Assembly: GCA_965228735.1 (NCBI GenBank)
Contig: OZ245838.1
Span: forward strand, 1,824,001 to 1,888,000
DNA length: 64,000 nt
Direction: 5' to 3'
DNA from: Planctomycetota bacterium
GTDB lineage: Bacteria; Planctomycetota; UBA1135; UBA2386
Below the pieces are notes generated by a model. That model was not told where the DNA came from. It was given only the letters and a program-made list of their open reading frames with translations, and did not search any database. The position numbers were made by a program, and so were the translations under genes. Shown piece after piece: positions 63,129 through 64,000 of the stretch (position 1 is the stretch's first letter; each line of letters opens with the position of its first letter).

Positions 63129-63616
63129 TGGTCATCCCCCGCGTTGCCGGCGCCGAGCCCCTCGGTGTTCGCCAGTTCCTGTTCCTGGGCCGCAGCCCGC
63201 CTTTCCTGCTCCCGGCGGGCCTGCTCCTGCAGAGCCCGCACGGCCTTGGGCGACTGCCCCGCCATCACGCTCGCATCGAGCGGGCGCATCACGCCGCGCG
63301 AATCCGGACGCCCGCCGAGCAGGCGCTCCTTGCGAGCCTGCGCGATGGAGAGGCACCACTCGGGCACCTTGTCGCCGTGGCGCAGGTAGAAGATCTCGCC
63401 AGCGCGCACGCGCTGGGAGTAGTACGAGCCCTCGGTGCGCGCCATGACGCGCACCTTCTCGGGCACCTTCGCGGGAGCAGCGGGCTGCCCCTGCGCAGCG
63501 TCGGAGCCAACCGGCGCGGCCGGATCGCCGCCCGGCAGCGGGCCGTCGGACGTCGCCGCGGCCTGCTGCTCCGCGTTCGGCGCGGCGTTCGCCGCGCCCT
63601 TCTTCTTGGTTGCCAT
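63125..63616 (-). CDS. Phage hypothetical protein
   Basis: GGAGG SD; VMARTEGSYYSQRVRAGEIF motif; ATGA coupling to the cement gene. Confidence 0.6.
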   Translation of the reverse strand: MATKKKGAANAAPNAEQQAAATSDGPLPGGDPAAPVGSDAAQGQPAAPAKVPEKVRVMARTEGSYYSQRVRAGEIFYLRHGDKVPEWCLSIAQARKERLLGGRPDSRGVMRPLDASVMAGQSPKAVRALQEQARREQERRAAAQEQELANTEGLGAGNAGDDQ

Positions 63617-63635
63617 CTTGGGTTCCTCCGATGGA

Positions 63636-64000
63636 TCAGGCGGCGTTCTGGACCAGGGTTTCGCCCGCGTTCAGCGCGTCGCAGCGCCGGACCGGCAGTT
63701 CGTCGAGCATGAGCACGCGCTTGCCCGCAACCATCTCCCAGCTCAGGGTCGAGCCGCGGATGGCGTTCGTCGCCTGGCGGCGGAACCACGAGCGGCCGCG
63801 CGCGTTGCAGTACAGCGCCTTCCGCGTGACCGCGCCCTGCGGCAGCATCTCGATGGCCTCCGAGACCATGTCGAGCAGATCGGCGCCGGCGCTCGCGTCC
63901 TTGGTCAGACCAGCCTGGTCGTACTGGATGCGGACGATGTAGCGCCAATCGGGGACCGCGAGGCCGGTTTCCCAGCAGAAGTAGCTCTGGTAGCCCTCGT
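63636..64000 (-). CDS. Major capsid protein (epsilon15 gp7/BPP-1-like), 5' end outside the window
   Basis: Frame open to the window edge: EGYQSYFCWETGLAVPDWRYIVRI...YCN......RRQ...GKRVLMLDELPVRRCDAL...E. Confidence 0.85.
   Translation of the reverse strand, partial: EGYQSYFCWETGLAVPDWRYIVRIQYDQAGLTKDASAGADLLDMVSEAIEMLPQGAVTRKALYCNARGRSWFRRQATNAIRGSTLSWEMVAGKRVLMLDELPVRRCDALNAGETLVQNAA

Larger units (their letters stand above)
37756..64000. mobile_element. Prophage integrated at ssrA (epsilon15/BPP-1-like podovirus), truncated by the window edge
   Basis: Integrase, excisionase, XRE repressor and phage tRNA, plus capsid, cement, adaptor, nozzle and ejection genes following the tmRNA 3' end. 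Confidence 0.9.

Noticed and set aside
47074..64000. Diversity-generating retroelement, suggested by the BPP-1-like capsid and cement genes
   Set aside because: No reverse transcriptase and no TR/VR pair differing at adenines was seen in this window; it cannot be excluded beyond the edge.

Overview
A very GC-rich bacterial window; the gene repertoire suggests a Planctomycetota-like host (inference). Positions 1-37.4 kb are host chromosome: two tandem carboxypeptidase-regulatory-like proteins, a tryptophan 2,3-dioxygenase, a glutamate-cysteine-ligase/CBS plus aspartoacylase pair, two choice-of-anchor B proteins, dksA-like/lspA/pyrD/response regulator/secA/waaA, xerD, a GT-C (YfhO/PMT-like) glycosyltransferase cluster, an MFS transporter, and VWA and DUF4253 proteins. 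The tmRNA gene (37404-37755, tag ANTQYSLAA) is followed by a prophage that runs off the right edge. The prophage carries a phased att arm, integrase and excisionase, an initiator tRNA-Met embedded in about 1 kb of hairpin-dense sequence, an XRE repressor, lysogen cargo including a hicB-hicA-like pair, and an epsilon15/BPP-1-like podovirus structural module. The most unusual observations are: (i) the head-tail adaptor is fused behind a split SGNH/sialate-O-acetylesterase domain, and no separate tail-fibre gene is visible; (ii) a membrane-anchored cargo protein shares an 11-residue motif with the N-terminus of the giant ejection protein; (iii) a long structured leader contains a tRNA-fMet with a non-canonical anticodon loop. 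All calls are from motif recognition by eye; no searches were run.
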